A stretch of DNA of 64,000 nucleotides from Candidatus Liptonbacteria bacterium (lineage in GTDB: Bacteria > Patescibacteriota > Minisyncoccia > UBA6257 > 2-01-FULL-56-20). Location of the stretch: contig JACQKU010000011.1 in the NCBI GenBank assembly GCA_016204335.1, forward strand, positions 541-64,540, written 5' to 3'. Below are positions 48,470 to 58,936 of the stretch, one piece after another. The notes beneath the pieces are model-generated. The model worked only from the letters and a program-made list of their open reading frames with translations. It did no database searches and was not told the origin of the DNA. The first letter of the stretch is position 1. Each line of letters begins with the position of its first letter. Both the position numbers and the translations under genes were made by a program.

Positions 48470-49354
48470 TTAGGGGCTCCAATTGACGATGACATCGTCA
48501 ACGCGCGGGGTCAGTTGTTGCGCGTAATCGGAAACGAGCGTCACCCGATACCGGAAATAGCGGCGGTTATTATGGAGAGTATAATCGAGCCGCAAAGAAA
48601 GGTCCGGGCCGGTATTGTAATATGTGCCGCTGGTTCCGTCCGCGCCCACAAACGTCCACGGACCGCTTGAAGCATTGCTTGTCGCGAACTGGAAACGAAC
48701 CGCGGTGCCGGACGGCAAATTGCCGCGCCACAATACGGAATTAAGCTGGGCGCCGTTCGTCGCGCCTGTGTCGTATGTGCTCGAATCAAGATAGCCGGTT
48801 GTCGTGGTAGCCGTCCAACTGGAAAGCACTCTGAAATTGGATGCGGCGCAACCCCCGACATTATCGCAGTTGAAACTGAGCCAACCCATCGCGTCATTCC
48901 AAGCGTAATTCTGAAAATTGCCGCCTCCGTCAATATACGCCCGATAGTTCGACTGGCCGCAACCGCTATTGTTGTTGCAGTCGAAACTTATCCAGCCGTA
49001 CTGGTCATTCCAGCCCCAACCCGAAAGATTCCCAATAAAATCATTCGTCACCTGATAATTGCCGTTGCCCTGGGAACAAATGTCTCCGTTTCTCGTAGTA
49101 TGGCAGTCAAGAGAAATATCGCCCACCGAAGAACTCGCATAGCCGGTTAAATTTTGCGGACCGACTGTTATCGACTGGGTGTTGTAAAAATCCATCCAGC
49201 CGACAAGGTCGTTCCAAGCCCAGTGGGCGGTTGTCGTGGCGCTTATGTTGGTCGCGGACTCGGCAACATTCGCAAGAATAAAAATATTCAGCGTAGCGAC
49301 AACGAGCAAGAACGCGATGCCGAAAGAATTTTTGAAAAAAGATTTTTTGCGCAT
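48470..49354 (-). CDS. Secreted repeat protein with four W-x-W-N-D-x2-G-W-x-x-F-(N/D)-C repeats
   Basis: Signal peptide; repeats WAWNDLVGWMDFY, WGWNDQYGWISFDC, YAWNDAMGWLSFNC. Confidence 0.55.
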   Translation of the reverse strand: MRKKSFFKNSFGIAFLLVVATLNIFILANVAESATNISATTTAHWAWNDLVGWMDFYNTQSITVGPQNLTGYASSSVGDISLDCHTTRNGDICSQGNGNYQVTNDFIGNLSGWGWNDQYGWISFDCNNNSGCGQSNYRAYIDGGGNFQNYAWNDAMGWLSFNCDNVGGCAASNFRVLSSWTATTTTGYLDSSTYDTGATNGAQLNSVLWRGNLPSGTAVRFQFATSNASSGPWTFVGADGTSGTYYNTGPDLSLRLDYTLHNNRRYFRYRVTLVSDYAQQLTPRVDDVIVNWSP

Positions 49355-49386
49355 ACTGCTTACTGCCTGCTACTTACTGCCAATAA

Positions 49387-50007
49387 CTAGAACTGTATTA
49401 CAATCGAGCCGGTAGTCGTTGAGTAATTAATCTGAGAAGACGTTGAGAATTGATTATTAACGGTGCTTGCCGGCCCGTCCTGCCCGGGGCCGCCCGACCA
49501 GTCGGTTTGGCTGAACGCATTATTCATAAAACGAGTCAGATACGTCTGAATGCTGCTTGTCGTTCCATTCTGCCAACCGTAAACTACCGTAATTTTTTGA
49601 GTCGAAGGGTCGTCGACGCCTCCGGTTGAGATAATATTGCCGCTTGCGTCGCGGCCGACGTTGTTTATGTAAAAATAGCGCGTGTAGGTCGTGGTTGAAA
49701 CAGCTATTGTCTCTTCGCCTGCCACGGCGGCAAACGGCGATGTGCTGGTGGTAAGATGATAGCGATTGGACTGCCCTTTGTTCAAATCATAAATAATGCG
49801 CCAATCGGCCTCGCTCGAAACACGGACGTTTTCCAGAAGTTCCTTTCCGATTGCGGCGCCGACCTGAATTCTATTTGCCTGTGCATTTGAACGCAGTGAG
49901 GGAATAATGATGCTTGTCGCGCCGATTATAAAAATCGAACCGACCGCCAAGGCAATAAGAATCTCGACAAGGGACTGGCCTTTTTCAGAACACGGAAATT
50001 TTCTCAT
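49387..50007 (-). CDS. Type IV pilin-like protein (prepilin signal KGQSLVEILIALAVG)
   Basis: Class III leader with Gly-1/Glu+5 and hydrophobic alpha1-N helix. Confidence 0.7.
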   Translation of the reverse strand: MRKFPCSEKGQSLVEILIALAVGSIFIIGATSIIIPSLRSNAQANRIQVGAAIGKELLENVRVSSEADWRIIYDLNKGQSNRYHLTTSTSPFAAVAGEETIAVSTTTYTRYFYINNVGRDASGNIISTGGVDDPSTQKITVVYGWQNGTTSSIQTYLTRFMNNAFSQTDWSGGPGQDGPASTVNNQFSTSSQINYSTTTGSIVIQF

Positions 50008-50048
50008 TGCTTTGATAATTATATTGCTGTTATTCCGCCCGTTATTCC

Positions 50049-53000
50049 CTACTGTACCAATCCCACGGCATTAATCGTGATTGTGGAAGTGGCCACGACC
50101 GTCCCGTTGTTGCTCGCCAAAGGATTGTAGGAATAAACATCGCCGCCGAATATGTCCGCCGCCAAGTTGCTTGAAGGATATGTCGCAGTCGGCGTTCCGG
50201 CGCAGGTTGAGTTCCCTGCCCATACTGCAACGCTCCCGCCGCCGGAATCGTAATCGACCGGCACTTGCCCCGAATAAGCGGAGATGTCCAACGTTGAAAG
50301 GGTTCCGCAAGAGATGACCGTGCCGGCGCTGTTCCGAACCGCCCACGAACCGCCTGCCGGCAAGCCGTTCAACGTAATAATCGGCGAGCTGTAAAACGCG
50401 AAATTGTCGTATGTCATAGTGACGCCGCCGGCGGCGGACGATGCCGCAAGCCCCAAAAATCCCGCTTCGGAAAGCGAGAAATCCGCGGTGGAAAGCGCCG
50501 CGCCGCCGTTGACCCACGACTGGAGCGATGTGCCGGAAATATAGCCGCGGAACTGGTAAAAAGTGTCCGCGGCAAATGTAAACGCCGAAGAGATAATCGT
50601 TCCGTATGAAGAGGAAATTGTCTTGCCGATTAATTCCGCGCCGTTTTGGAAATCGCCGCCCGCAATATGATATTTGTTCGCGCCGCTATCCGCGCGCAAA
50701 ACACCGCCGTTTTTTCCCGCGCTTGCTCCAACCGCGCTCGCTTTCATTTTAAACTCAATTACCCCGTTCGTCCGGTTCTGGCCTGCAACGTGAATCTGCG
50801 CCGAAGAACCGGAAGCGGGCGTCACCGCAAGCCGGCTCGCGGAAACGCTCCAGCTTCCCGAATCCGTCGTAAAGGCGCCGGAGGTTGTCGTGAAACCGTT
50901 GCACGTTCCGGAATCCGTGAAAGTATTGAACCCTGCGGGGTCCTTTGCCGAGGCCTTCCAGTAATACGTCGTGTTCTGGCTCAAGGCGTTTTGCGCCGTG
51001 TAAGTCCCCTGCGCGCCAGAAGCGTAGCAGTCGTTCGCGCTCACGCATGTCGCGTTCTGCCCCGACCAGCCGGTTTGCGATACGCTTTGGTCGTTTGTTT
51101 GAAAAACGGCGGTACACGCGGAATTCGAATAAATCGTCACTTTATATTGCAGATTATCCGAATTAATGTCTGTAGCCGTCATTTTAAAAACCGGCAAGAC
51201 GCTTAAGTTTTGCGAGTCGTTTGCTGGAGAGTCCTGTGAAGGCGGGTTCGGCGGGCTGCTTGCCGCGCTGGTCGTCACGCTGGAACTCGCGCTATACGGC
51301 CCGTCGCCGGAAGCGTTCGTGGCGCGTATGCGGTAGTAGTATGTCGTTCCGGGCGCAAGCCCGCTGTCGTTCGTGGAGGTGTTCGTTATGCCGGAGGCGA
51401 TCTGCGCGAAAACCTGGCTCGAAGTGGCTCTTTCGACTTTATACGAAGTTGCGCCTCCGGCAGGCGCGGCCCAGTTTACGGTAAGTGATACCGCGGAAAC
51501 ATTCTCATAGGCGGGAGTTCCCGGAGTTCCAGGCACGGTCATCCCGCTTCCCGCCGCGTTCAATGCCGTCTCAATCAAATCCTGGTTTCTCGATTTAACT
51601 TTGAACGCGTAGGTGGCGTTTGATTGAAGATTTTTTATTTGCAGAGTATCGAGCGTGGCATCCGACATCCAAACGGCCGCCGTGCTCGTAGCTCCGACAG
51701 ATGTCACCCAAAAACCCTGCCAGTTGGGGTCGCTCGGACTCGTCGATGAAGTGAAGACGGCGAACTGGGTTGTGGGAGAAGATGCCGGGTTGCCGTTCTC
51801 GGCGTTTGTGAAATTGAGAGTGGAAGTTGTTGTTAATGAAAAGGTTGCTGTTCCGGGAGTATTGGCAAGCGTGTAGATAGAACTCGAAGCGGAAGCGGTG
51901 CCGGTGTTTGGAGTTGGAGAGACGGAATCCCTCGCCTGAACTTGATAGGCGTAGCACTTGTTGGCTTGTAGATTGGAGTTTGTGTATGAGGTTGAAGTTT
52001 GCCAGTTTGATGACGCTCCTCCTGTGCCGCCGTTCGATGAACAAGTATTAAAAGTGAAAAGATAGTTTACGGGCGTAGTAGAATCGGAGCCGGTTGTGGC
52101 AGTCATGGAAATTGATGATGTGGATGCCGCGGCTGGAGCGGACGAAAAAGTCATCGGGTTCGGAGTTGGAGGAGATGCGTCTAGTGTCGTGAACGAAACC
52201 TCGCCGCCGTATGAATACCCCGCGCTGTTATGCGCGTATGCGCGGGTGTAGTAGGTGGTACTGCCGGTGAGTCCAGTCAGCCCTTTGGTGTATGCCCCTG
52301 CGCCGAAAGCTCCCGCGTCGCTCGCTGAACTCGCGTAGCCAGAGGAACCCGGCGCGACGTTGCCGGGCAAAGCACGCGAGGCGGTATCATAAACAAAACC
52401 TCTTGTATCAGCATTAGCCCCGCCTGTAGCCGTGATGTTGCCGTTGCCAGTCGCGGTTGTTGCGGTGATAGATGAAACGGCTTGGGTCGTGACGGTGGGA
52501 AGATTCGCCAACGTCGTGAACGAAACCTCGCCGCCGTATGAATACCCCGCGCTGTTATGCGCGTATGCGCGGGTGTAGTAGGTGGTTGCGGCATTCATGC
52601 TATTGAGTGTCGCCGTGAAGGCACCTGTCCCAAAATCACCGGCGGTGATAACAACGGACTCATATCCAGAGGAATACGTGGGGACGTTGCCAGGCAAAGC
52701 ATGCGATGTGGTGCTGTAGACAAAGCCGCGCGAATCCGCATTCGCTCCTCCTGTAGCCGTAATGTTACCGTTGCCGGTCGCGGTTGTTGCGGCGATGGAT
52801 GAGGCGGCTTGGGTGGTGACGGTCGGGACGGTGACGGAGACCGTGTAAGTGAGGACGACGCGCCCGGCGGCGCCGGCGCCACCATTAACAGCGAGAGCCG
52901 CGCCCCCGCCACCCCCACCGGGCGCATTTCCTGGCCCGGCGGCACCACCACCGCCAGTCCCACCGCCACCCCCGCCATTTCCTTCTCCTATGCCACCAGT

Positions 53001-53609
53001 ACCCGCCACGAAACTTGCTCCATTGCCACCATTACCTCCGTTTGCAGAACCAGTAGCAGACCCACCACCGCCACCGCCACGAGTACCAGAACCAGTGAAC
53101 CCCGCGCCACCATTACCACCGCTGAATTTTGTCGCTCCAATACCACTTGCAGCCGCACCACCCGTTCCGGGCTCTGCTACCCCACCGCCCTTCGCCAACA
53201 CTGTCGCCTCTCCTACAGCGCCTGGGCTAAACCAACTATCTCCACTTGGGGTACCAAGGACTACTCCACCCGCTCCCACGGTAAGACTATAATTCTGTCC
53301 TGGCGTCACGGTTACTGTTGCCTTAGAATATGCGCCACCGCCAGCCCCGGTACCACCGGCGCCCGACACGCCACCCGCGCCGCCGCCGCCCCATGCCTCA
53401 ACCGTTACACTCGTAACGCCCGCCGGGGCCGTCCAGGTGACAGAGGAATTGAAAGTTTCAACGATTGCATGGGCGTCAGGCACTCCGTAAAAAATGCCTC
53501 CGTATACAAAAAAGAGTAAGACAAGAGCGCGGAAAAGATTAAATTTACAACGGCGAAATTTTTTCAAGATAAATTGACTTAATAATTTTTTTAAAAAATC
53601 ACTGGGCAT
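50049..53609 (-). CDS. Giant secreted Gly-rich / FN3 / LamG-like domain protein, probable pilus-associated adhesin
   Basis: 1186 aa; signal anchor, GGxGG-rich N-terminal region, two near-identical about 105-aa tandem domains, FN3 domain (TSYKVERATSS...YYYRIRATNASG), C-terminal concanavalin-like domain. Confidence 0.7.
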   Translation of the reverse strand: MPSDFLKKLLSQFILKKFRRCKFNLFRALVLLFFVYGGIFYGVPDAHAIVETFNSSVTWTAPAGVTSVTVEAWGGGGAGGVSGAGGTGAGGGAYSKATVTVTPGQNYSLTVGAGGVVLGTPSGDSWFSPGAVGEATVLAKGGGVAEPGTGGAAASGIGATKFSGGNGGAGFTGSGTRGGGGGGSATGSANGGNGGNGASFVAGTGGIGEGNGGGGGGTGGGGAAGPGNAPGGGGGGAALAVNGGAGAAGRVVLTYTVSVTVPTVTTQAASSIAATTATGNGNITATGGANADSRGFVYSTTSHALPGNVPTYSSGYESVVITAGDFGTGAFTATLNSMNAATTYYTRAYAHNSAGYSYGGEVSFTTLANLPTVTTQAVSSITATTATGNGNITATGGANADTRGFVYDTASRALPGNVAPGSSGYASSASDAGAFGAGAYTKGLTGLTGSTTYYTRAYAHNSAGYSYGGEVSFTTLDASPPTPNPMTFSSAPAAASTSSISMTATTGSDSTTPVNYLFTFNTCSSNGGTGGASSNWQTSTSYTNSNLQANKCYAYQVQARDSVSPTPNTGTASASSSIYTLANTPGTATFSLTTTSTLNFTNAENGNPASSPTTQFAVFTSSTSPSDPNWQGFWVTSVGATSTAAVWMSDATLDTLQIKNLQSNATYAFKVKSRNQDLIETALNAAGSGMTVPGTPGTPAYENVSAVSLTVNWAAPAGGATSYKVERATSSQVFAQIASGITNTSTNDSGLAPGTTYYYRIRATNASGDGPYSASSSVTTSAASSPPNPPSQDSPANDSQNLSVLPVFKMTATDINSDNLQYKVTIYSNSACTAVFQTNDQSVSQTGWSGQNATCVSANDCYASGAQGTYTAQNALSQNTTYYWKASAKDPAGFNTFTDSGTCNGFTTTSGAFTTDSGSWSVSASRLAVTPASGSSAQIHVAGQNRTNGVIEFKMKASAVGASAGKNGGVLRADSGANKYHIAGGDFQNGAELIGKTISSSYGTIISSAFTFAADTFYQFRGYISGTSLQSWVNGGAALSTADFSLSEAGFLGLAASSAAGGVTMTYDNFAFYSSPIITLNGLPAGGSWAVRNSAGTVISCGTLSTLDISAYSGQVPVDYDSGGGSVAVWAGNSTCAGTPTATYPSSNLAADIFGGDVYSYNPLASNNGTVVATSTITINAVGLVQ

Positions 53610-53644
53610 AATTTATTGTCTGAACACCGAAAAGGAAAAAGAAA

Positions 53645-54097
53645 CTATTTTCCGACCTGGAAGTTTAATTCAAGGGTTTCGTTGGGGCCCACGTAAACGC
53701 GCTGGGGCAGATTTTTGCTTGACCCGTAACCCTTCGCCAAATCAAGAACGTATTCGCCGGCAGTCACCGCGAATTTATACGAACCGTCGGCGTCCAAAAA
53801 TACGCTTTTCAGCTCTTTATTGTTATTGGGGTCGTAGATAGCCGCTTTAACGAGCTTGAAATCGATTGTTGAACCGGGCGCAATTCTTGCTCTTCCGCCT
53901 ATAAAACCGGGGGAAGCCGAAACTTTGCCCGCGGTAGTGCTCACCGGCGGAAGAACAGTCGTTACGCCGGGATTATTTATGCCCGGACTCTCCACGACGC
54001 TTGTCGGCTGAATGCCCGCGGAAGAACGGAAGAATAAATACCAAACGGCGCCTGCCGCGACAATAACCGGAATAAAAATCAACAGAAATTTCTTCAT
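53645..54097 (-). CDS. Secreted protein with Ig-like/carboxypeptidase-regulatory-like beta domain
   Basis: Signal anchor; IDFKLVKAAIYDPNNN...YKFAVTAGEYVL pattern. Confidence 0.45.
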   Translation of the reverse strand: MKKFLLIFIPVIVAAGAVWYLFFRSSAGIQPTSVVESPGINNPGVTTVLPPVSTTAGKVSASPGFIGGRARIAPGSTIDFKLVKAAIYDPNNNKELKSVFLDADGSYKFAVTAGEYVLDLAKGYGSSKNLPQRVYVGPNETLELNFQVGK

Positions 54098-54346
54098 CCC
54101 GTTAGAAGCCCGCCTAAATGAAAGAATTCATTCTTTCGGGCAGGCAAATCGCAATTGGCGCGGGTCTGCGGGTTTATTTTATGATAGGAATTATACATTG
54201 ATAAAAATTATTATTTAACTAACAAGGCGAACGCGCCTGCCTGTCGGCAGACAGGGCTTCCAACGGGGCCGGAAAATGAACCTGTTTTGCTTAAATTAAT
54301 AATAACGGAATAAATAAAGTAAACAAAGTTAATTATCCGCGCCTTT

Positions 54347-54838
54347 CTATAGGGACTGGCGATTGAAATCATCAAAGAAAATTTTGCCGCTTGAGGCGCG
54401 GCTGACATTCGCCTCCAATGCAGGACCAACGGTGCTGAAAAGCTGCAATGTCACCGATGTTGATGCTGAAGGAATTCCCGAGATTTGAGCGAATGTGACA
54501 TCGAGCGTGCCGCTTGCGGAGAAATTCGCGGTCGCGTAGCGAACGTTAACGGGCAAGGAGTAATATCCCACGGTGTTTGAAGAATTGTAAGCGGTCTTAA
54601 ACAAGGCGTAGAAAGCGGGAATTGCGACGTTGTCAAAATGAACGCCCCAGACGGTCCCGCTGTCCTGCGCAACCGAGCGGCTTCTTGCTTCGCGAAGCAA
54701 TGCAACTATGTTTTGAGTGGCGCCGTTCAAATCATTCTGCCTTCTTGCGCCGAACAGACTCAGAAAAGTGACGGACGCCAAAATTGCGGTTATGCCGACA
54801 ACAACGAGAAGTTCCATCAATGTCGTTCCTTTTTTCAT
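54347..54838 (-). CDS. Minor type IV pilin (FimT/GspH-like)
   Basis: Prepilin leader KKGTTLMELLVVVGI (G-1, E+5) and GspH-like RQNDLNGATQNIVALLREARSRSV. Confidence 0.7.
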   Translation of the reverse strand: MKKGTTLMELLVVVGITAILASVTFLSLFGARRQNDLNGATQNIVALLREARSRSVAQDSGTVWGVHFDNVAIPAFYALFKTAYNSSNTVGYYSLPVNVRYATANFSASGTLDVTFAQISGIPSASTSVTLQLFSTVGPALEANVSRASSGKIFFDDFNRQSL

Positions 54839-54842
54839 TTTT

Positions 54843-54929
54843 GAAATTGGTTGTTAGAAAATAGAAATTGGAAATTTGAATTTGGTCAACTATTTTCTAT
54901 TACTATTTTCCAATTTCCAATAACTACTT
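54843..54929. repeat. AT-rich inverted-repeat intergenic element, family 1 (copy 2)
   Basis: Shares 5' GAAATTGGTTGTTAGAAAATAGAAATTGG and 3' TATTTTCTATTACTATTTTCCAATTTCCAA termini with 43244-43355. Confidence 0.7.
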
Positions 54930-54935
54930 TCCACT

Positions 54936-56147
54936 TTAGAATTGACCGGTCAGCTGATAAATCGGCACGATGATGGCAAGCGCGATTACCGCGACCAATA
55001 TACCCATAATGAGAAGGAGGACCGGTTCGAGAAACGAAAGCAAGGAATGTATGCTGGATTCCACGCTTGACTGGTAAAAATCAGCGAGCGTGGAAAGAAC
55101 CTCCTCAAGATGTCCCGCTTTTTCGGAAATGGCGACTAAATTCGTGACGACTTTCGGAAATGCCTCTTCGCGGCGAAACGCCTCTCCGATTGTAAGGCCT
55201 TTTGCCAGGCCTTCGTTCGCGACCCTCATCAAGCTCGTCCGGAATTTTTCCGAACCGACGACTTCCGCGGTAATGGTTGCCACATGAATAATCGGCAGGC
55301 CGGCCGCCATCAGCGCGCTGAATGTGGAAGCAAATCGTTGAATCGCTATGTCCCGGTAAATTTTTCTGACGAGAGGCAAACGGGAAAGCATCTGGCTCAT
55401 AACCCGCCGCCCCGTGGCATTTTTCCAAAAAAAGTAAGTCGCAAACCCGACAACTGAAATCAGAATGGAGGCCAGAACGACAATATTGTCTCCTATAAAA
55501 AGACCGGCGGTGAACACGACTCTTGAAAAAAGCGGCGGCTTTATGTCGGTTTGCAGAAAAGCGGTGGCGATTTTCGGCAGCGCGAACGTAACCAGAAAAC
55601 CGATGATGACAACCGACATCGCCGAAAGAATAATCGGATAGACCAGCGCCGAGCGAATCTTACCTTTTAACTCGGCTTCCCGCTGGAGCGAAACGCTTAA
55701 GTCCTCGAATGTTTGCTGGAGATTGCCGGACGTCTCGGACGCCTTCACCAGATTGATAAACACGACTGAAAATACTTTGGGATGCTCCGCAAAGGTCTGA
55801 TAAAACGGCCTGCCTCTTGTAAGATTTTCCCGTATCTCGAGAAGAAAGGTCTTCATTGCCGGCTTGTCGAAATCGGCTATCAGGATATTGACGGCGGACA
55901 AAAGGTCGGTCCCCACCTTAAGCATCAGAGACAAATACTTGGTCAGGAAAATTTTATCGGTTGTGTTGATGTCTTTGGAGAACCTGCTGCGGGACGTACG
56001 CAGGGGTTTTACCGAAAGCGGACGCATCCCTTTTGCCACGAGGTACTGAAGCGCCTGATTCAGATTGTCAGCCTCCAGCTGGTCTTCCGTGATTTTTCCG
56101 TTTTTGTCGGACGCGGAGTAGTGGTACAACATAAATTTAAAAATCAA
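54936..56147 (-). CDS. pilC: Type IV pilus / T2SS platform protein (PilC/GspF family)
   Basis: 403 aa, two T2SSF domains, 3 TM. Confidence 0.85.
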   Translation of the reverse strand: MIFKFMLYHYSASDKNGKITEDQLEADNLNQALQYLVAKGMRPLSVKPLRTSRSRFSKDINTTDKIFLTKYLSLMLKVGTDLLSAVNILIADFDKPAMKTFLLEIRENLTRGRPFYQTFAEHPKVFSVVFINLVKASETSGNLQQTFEDLSVSLQREAELKGKIRSALVYPIILSAMSVVIIGFLVTFALPKIATAFLQTDIKPPLFSRVVFTAGLFIGDNIVVLASILISVVGFATYFFWKNATGRRVMSQMLSRLPLVRKIYRDIAIQRFASTFSALMAAGLPIIHVATITAEVVGSEKFRTSLMRVANEGLAKGLTIGEAFRREEAFPKVVTNLVAISEKAGHLEEVLSTLADFYQSSVESSIHSLLSFLEPVLLLIMGILVAVIALAIIVPIYQLTGQF

Positions 56148-56148
56148 A

Positions 56149-56262
56149 TATCAAAAATAAAAATGACAAATCAAAATGTAAAGAATTAATTTTACCGTTT
56201 AAGCTTTTTGCATTCCGCTCTTTCATTTTGCATTTTGATTTTTACAGTTTGAATTATTCACG
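56149..56262. repeat. AT-rich inverted-repeat intergenic element, family 2 (copy 2)
   Basis: aaatcaaatatcaaaaataaaaatgacaaatcaaaatgtaaa...cattttgcattttgatttttacagtttga. Confidence 0.7.
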
Positions 56263-57966
56263 TATCACCCTCAACACTTCTTCGATTGTAGTTTGACCGA
56301 GCTGAATCTTATCAAGCCCGTCTTCAAACATTGTCTTAAATCCGTCGGCTCTTGCTTCCCGGCGAACGGTTTCCGGACTGAATCGGGGCTCGATGATGGT
56401 CTTTTTAATATTATCGGTTATTTCCAATGCCTCAAAAATTCCCAGCCGGCCCCGATAACCCGTTTCATTGCATACGCCGCACCCCTTTCCCTTAAATAAA
56501 ACCTTGGGAATTTCCGCCTCGGTTTTCACTCCTATTTCTTGAAGCTGTTTGGCGATGAGTTCTTTTATGGCCGGGGTTATATCATACGAATATACGCAAC
56601 TCTCGCAGATTCTTCTCACCAAACGCTGAGCCAGAATAAGATTCAAAGTGGCTGCGGCCAGGAATGGTGGAATTCCCAGGTCGAAAAGCCGGGGAATCGC
56701 CGTAGGCGCGTCGTTCGTATGCAGAGAAGAAAGAATCAGGTGTCCGGTGAGCGCCGCCTCAACCGCTATGCCGGCCGTTTCGCTGTCTCTTATTTCGCCG
56801 ACCATGATGATATTCGGGTCCTGTCGAAGCAGAGACCGAAGTCCGGCCGCAAACGTGATGCCTGCCTCCGAATTAATCTGGGTCTGATTCACATAGCGGA
56901 TATTATATTCAATGGGGTCTTCAACGGTCACCACATTCACGGTCGGTTTATTCAGCATATTCATCATCGTATAAAGCGTAGTCGTTTTGCCGGAACCTGT
57001 CGGACCGCACGACAAAATCATCCCGTACGCCTTTTTCAGATTCTCGGAAACAATCTTTGCGTTCGTTCCGGATATGCCCAATTCCTCGAATGACAGCGGT
57101 CTCTCGGCTGACGCAAGAAGCCTCATTTCCATTTTCTCTCCGTAGAAAGTCGGAATGGACGATACCCTGATATCGACAAGCTGACTCGCAATCTGGTGGC
57201 GAAATCTTCCGTCTTGCGGTTTGCGATGTTCATCGAGCTTAAGGCCGGCAAGAATTTTTATTCTCGCCACCAGTATCGGATGAACCTCTTTGGGAATTTT
57301 TAAAATTTCGGAGAGTATGCCGTCGATTCGATATCGGACAAGCATATTTTCCTGTAAAATTTCGAAATGAATATCGGAAGCGCGGAGAGAAAGCGCGTAC
57401 GACAAAATATTATCCACAATCGCCGCAATCGGCAGCTGGGTTGCCGCTTCTTCAATAGTTTTCGTCCGGCTTCGCAGCGATTCCTGAATGTTTTCTTCGA
57501 TGACTTTTTTAAAATTCTGGGTGAACTCGAGTCCGTACAGGGAAAAAACGCGGTTTAAGTCCTCGGGTTTCGCGAGATACGGCTTGATTTTTTTCTTCAA
57601 ACGTTCCGTTAAAAACTCTATGGTTTCAAGGTCGCTGGGATTTGCCATCGCCACGTCAAGCGCGCCGTCTGGTTCCTGCCCGAATACGACGGCGAGACGC
57701 TGGCGCGCGATATCTTCCGGAAGCATCCTGACTGCCGTTTCGTCGATTTTTTGGGACGACAGGTCGGCGAGTCCAACGCCAAGAGAGGAAGCAAAAAAGT
57801 CATTGAGGTAGTCCTCCGCGACGATTCTTTCGGAAATCAAAACGTCAAGTATATTCCCATCCCTTCGCTCGGCTTCGGCGACCAGCGCGTCGAACCGCTC
57901 GGACGAAATAAGATTCTCTTGAATCAATTTATTTTTTAGGAGAGGGAGCGGTATGGGAAGATGCAT
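56254..57966 (-). CDS. pilB: Type IV pilus assembly ATPase (PilB/GspE family)
   Basis: 570 aa; Walker A GPTGSGKTTTLY, Asp box, His box, tetracysteine motif. Confidence 0.9.
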   Translation of the reverse strand: MHLPIPLPLLKNKLIQENLISSERFDALVAEAERRDGNILDVLISERIVAEDYLNDFFASSLGVGLADLSSQKIDETAVRMLPEDIARQRLAVVFGQEPDGALDVAMANPSDLETIEFLTERLKKKIKPYLAKPEDLNRVFSLYGLEFTQNFKKVIEENIQESLRSRTKTIEEAATQLPIAAIVDNILSYALSLRASDIHFEILQENMLVRYRIDGILSEILKIPKEVHPILVARIKILAGLKLDEHRKPQDGRFRHQIASQLVDIRVSSIPTFYGEKMEMRLLASAERPLSFEELGISGTNAKIVSENLKKAYGMILSCGPTGSGKTTTLYTMMNMLNKPTVNVVTVEDPIEYNIRYVNQTQINSEAGITFAAGLRSLLRQDPNIIMVGEIRDSETAGIAVEAALTGHLILSSLHTNDAPTAIPRLFDLGIPPFLAAATLNLILAQRLVRRICESCVYSYDITPAIKELIAKQLQEIGVKTEAEIPKVLFKGKGCGVCNETGYRGRLGIFEALEITDNIKKTIIEPRFSPETVRREARADGFKTMFEDGLDKIQLGQTTIEEVLRVIRE

Positions 57967-58272
57967 ATCTTTATGAATCTCTAAACTCTAATCTCTAAAT
58001 CTTAAACAATATCTCCGCCAGAGGCGGATCAGCCTCGGGCTGAAAAACCCAAATCTCAAAAATGTTTTTTAACTTTGAGATTGTTTAGAGATTGGGGTTT
58101 CGAGATTGGAGATTGGCGCTAAGTTAGGGATTAGAGATTTCAAAGCAAGTATAGCAAAAATAGCCGCGCATAACCATATACGAAACGAATGAAAAGAAAG
58201 AAGGAGCGCTACACATGCGCTCCTTCATTCAAAACAGGATAATTAAAATCAGGTCTGTTTTTTCAACCGCAT

Positions 58273-58869
58273 TTACAAGTCGAGTTTCGTCCCAGTCTCG
58301 TAGATGGTGGCGTTGTTGCCGCCGTCAGTTGATTCAATGTCGGAAGAGCCACTTGTATACTTGGTGCTTTCCATATTGGCGTTAATCTCAAACTGGTAGT
58401 TCGGCGCCGCGTTTGTGGCATAGCTGTAGAAGTAAGTGGCGTTATTCGAAGGGTCTACGGGCTCGGCGCCAATCGGGGAGCCTGCGCTGATACTGCCAAA
58501 GTTAATCGGCATCCAGCCACCGCCGGCGATTCCGGTTGCAAGGGCGGCCGTGGTCGTCACAGTACCCAATGTCGCCGTCATCCTGCCGCCACAGCCCGCG
58601 CCACCCGGCGTTAGGACCGCTGAACCGTAGCAAGTGCTCGAAGCCCCGATAGCATTGCCGGCCGGAGCGGCGGCATCCGCCAATAAAAGCGATATCGCGC
58701 TTTTGATAGTCGCCATATCGGATATTCTGCTTGAATCGCGCGCCTGGGCAAGAAGCTGAGCGGGGTTAAGGGTTAAAATGACGACAACCGCCAAAACCGC
58801 GATAATCGCAATCACCACCAAAAGCTCTATCAGTGTAAATCCTTTTTGTTCTATGTTGTTTTTACTCAT
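58273..58869 (-). CDS. pilA: Type IV major pilin
   Basis: Canonical prepilin leader KGFTLIELLVVIAIIAVLA. Confidence 0.85.
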   Translation of the reverse strand: MSKNNIEQKGFTLIELLVVIAIIAVLAVVVILTLNPAQLLAQARDSSRISDMATIKSAISLLLADAAAPAGNAIGASSTCYGSAVLTPGGAGCGGRMTATLGTVTTTAALATGIAGGGWMPINFGSISAGSPIGAEPVDPSNNATYFYSYATNAAPNYQFEINANMESTKYTSGSSDIESTDGGNNATIYETGTKLDL

Positions 58870-58870
58870 T

Positions 58871-58936
58871 TTTTTATGGTTTATGACCTTTTATTTATGG
58901 TTTAGGACCTTTATTTTTTATGGTTTATGACCTTTA
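58871..58936. promoter_or_regulatory. Three tandem 21-22 bp direct repeats (TTTATGGTTTATGACCTTTTA) immediately upstream of pilA
   Basis: tttttatggtttatgacctttta / tttatggtttaggaccttta / ttttttatggtttatgaccttta; about 2 helical-turn spacing. Confidence 0.6.
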
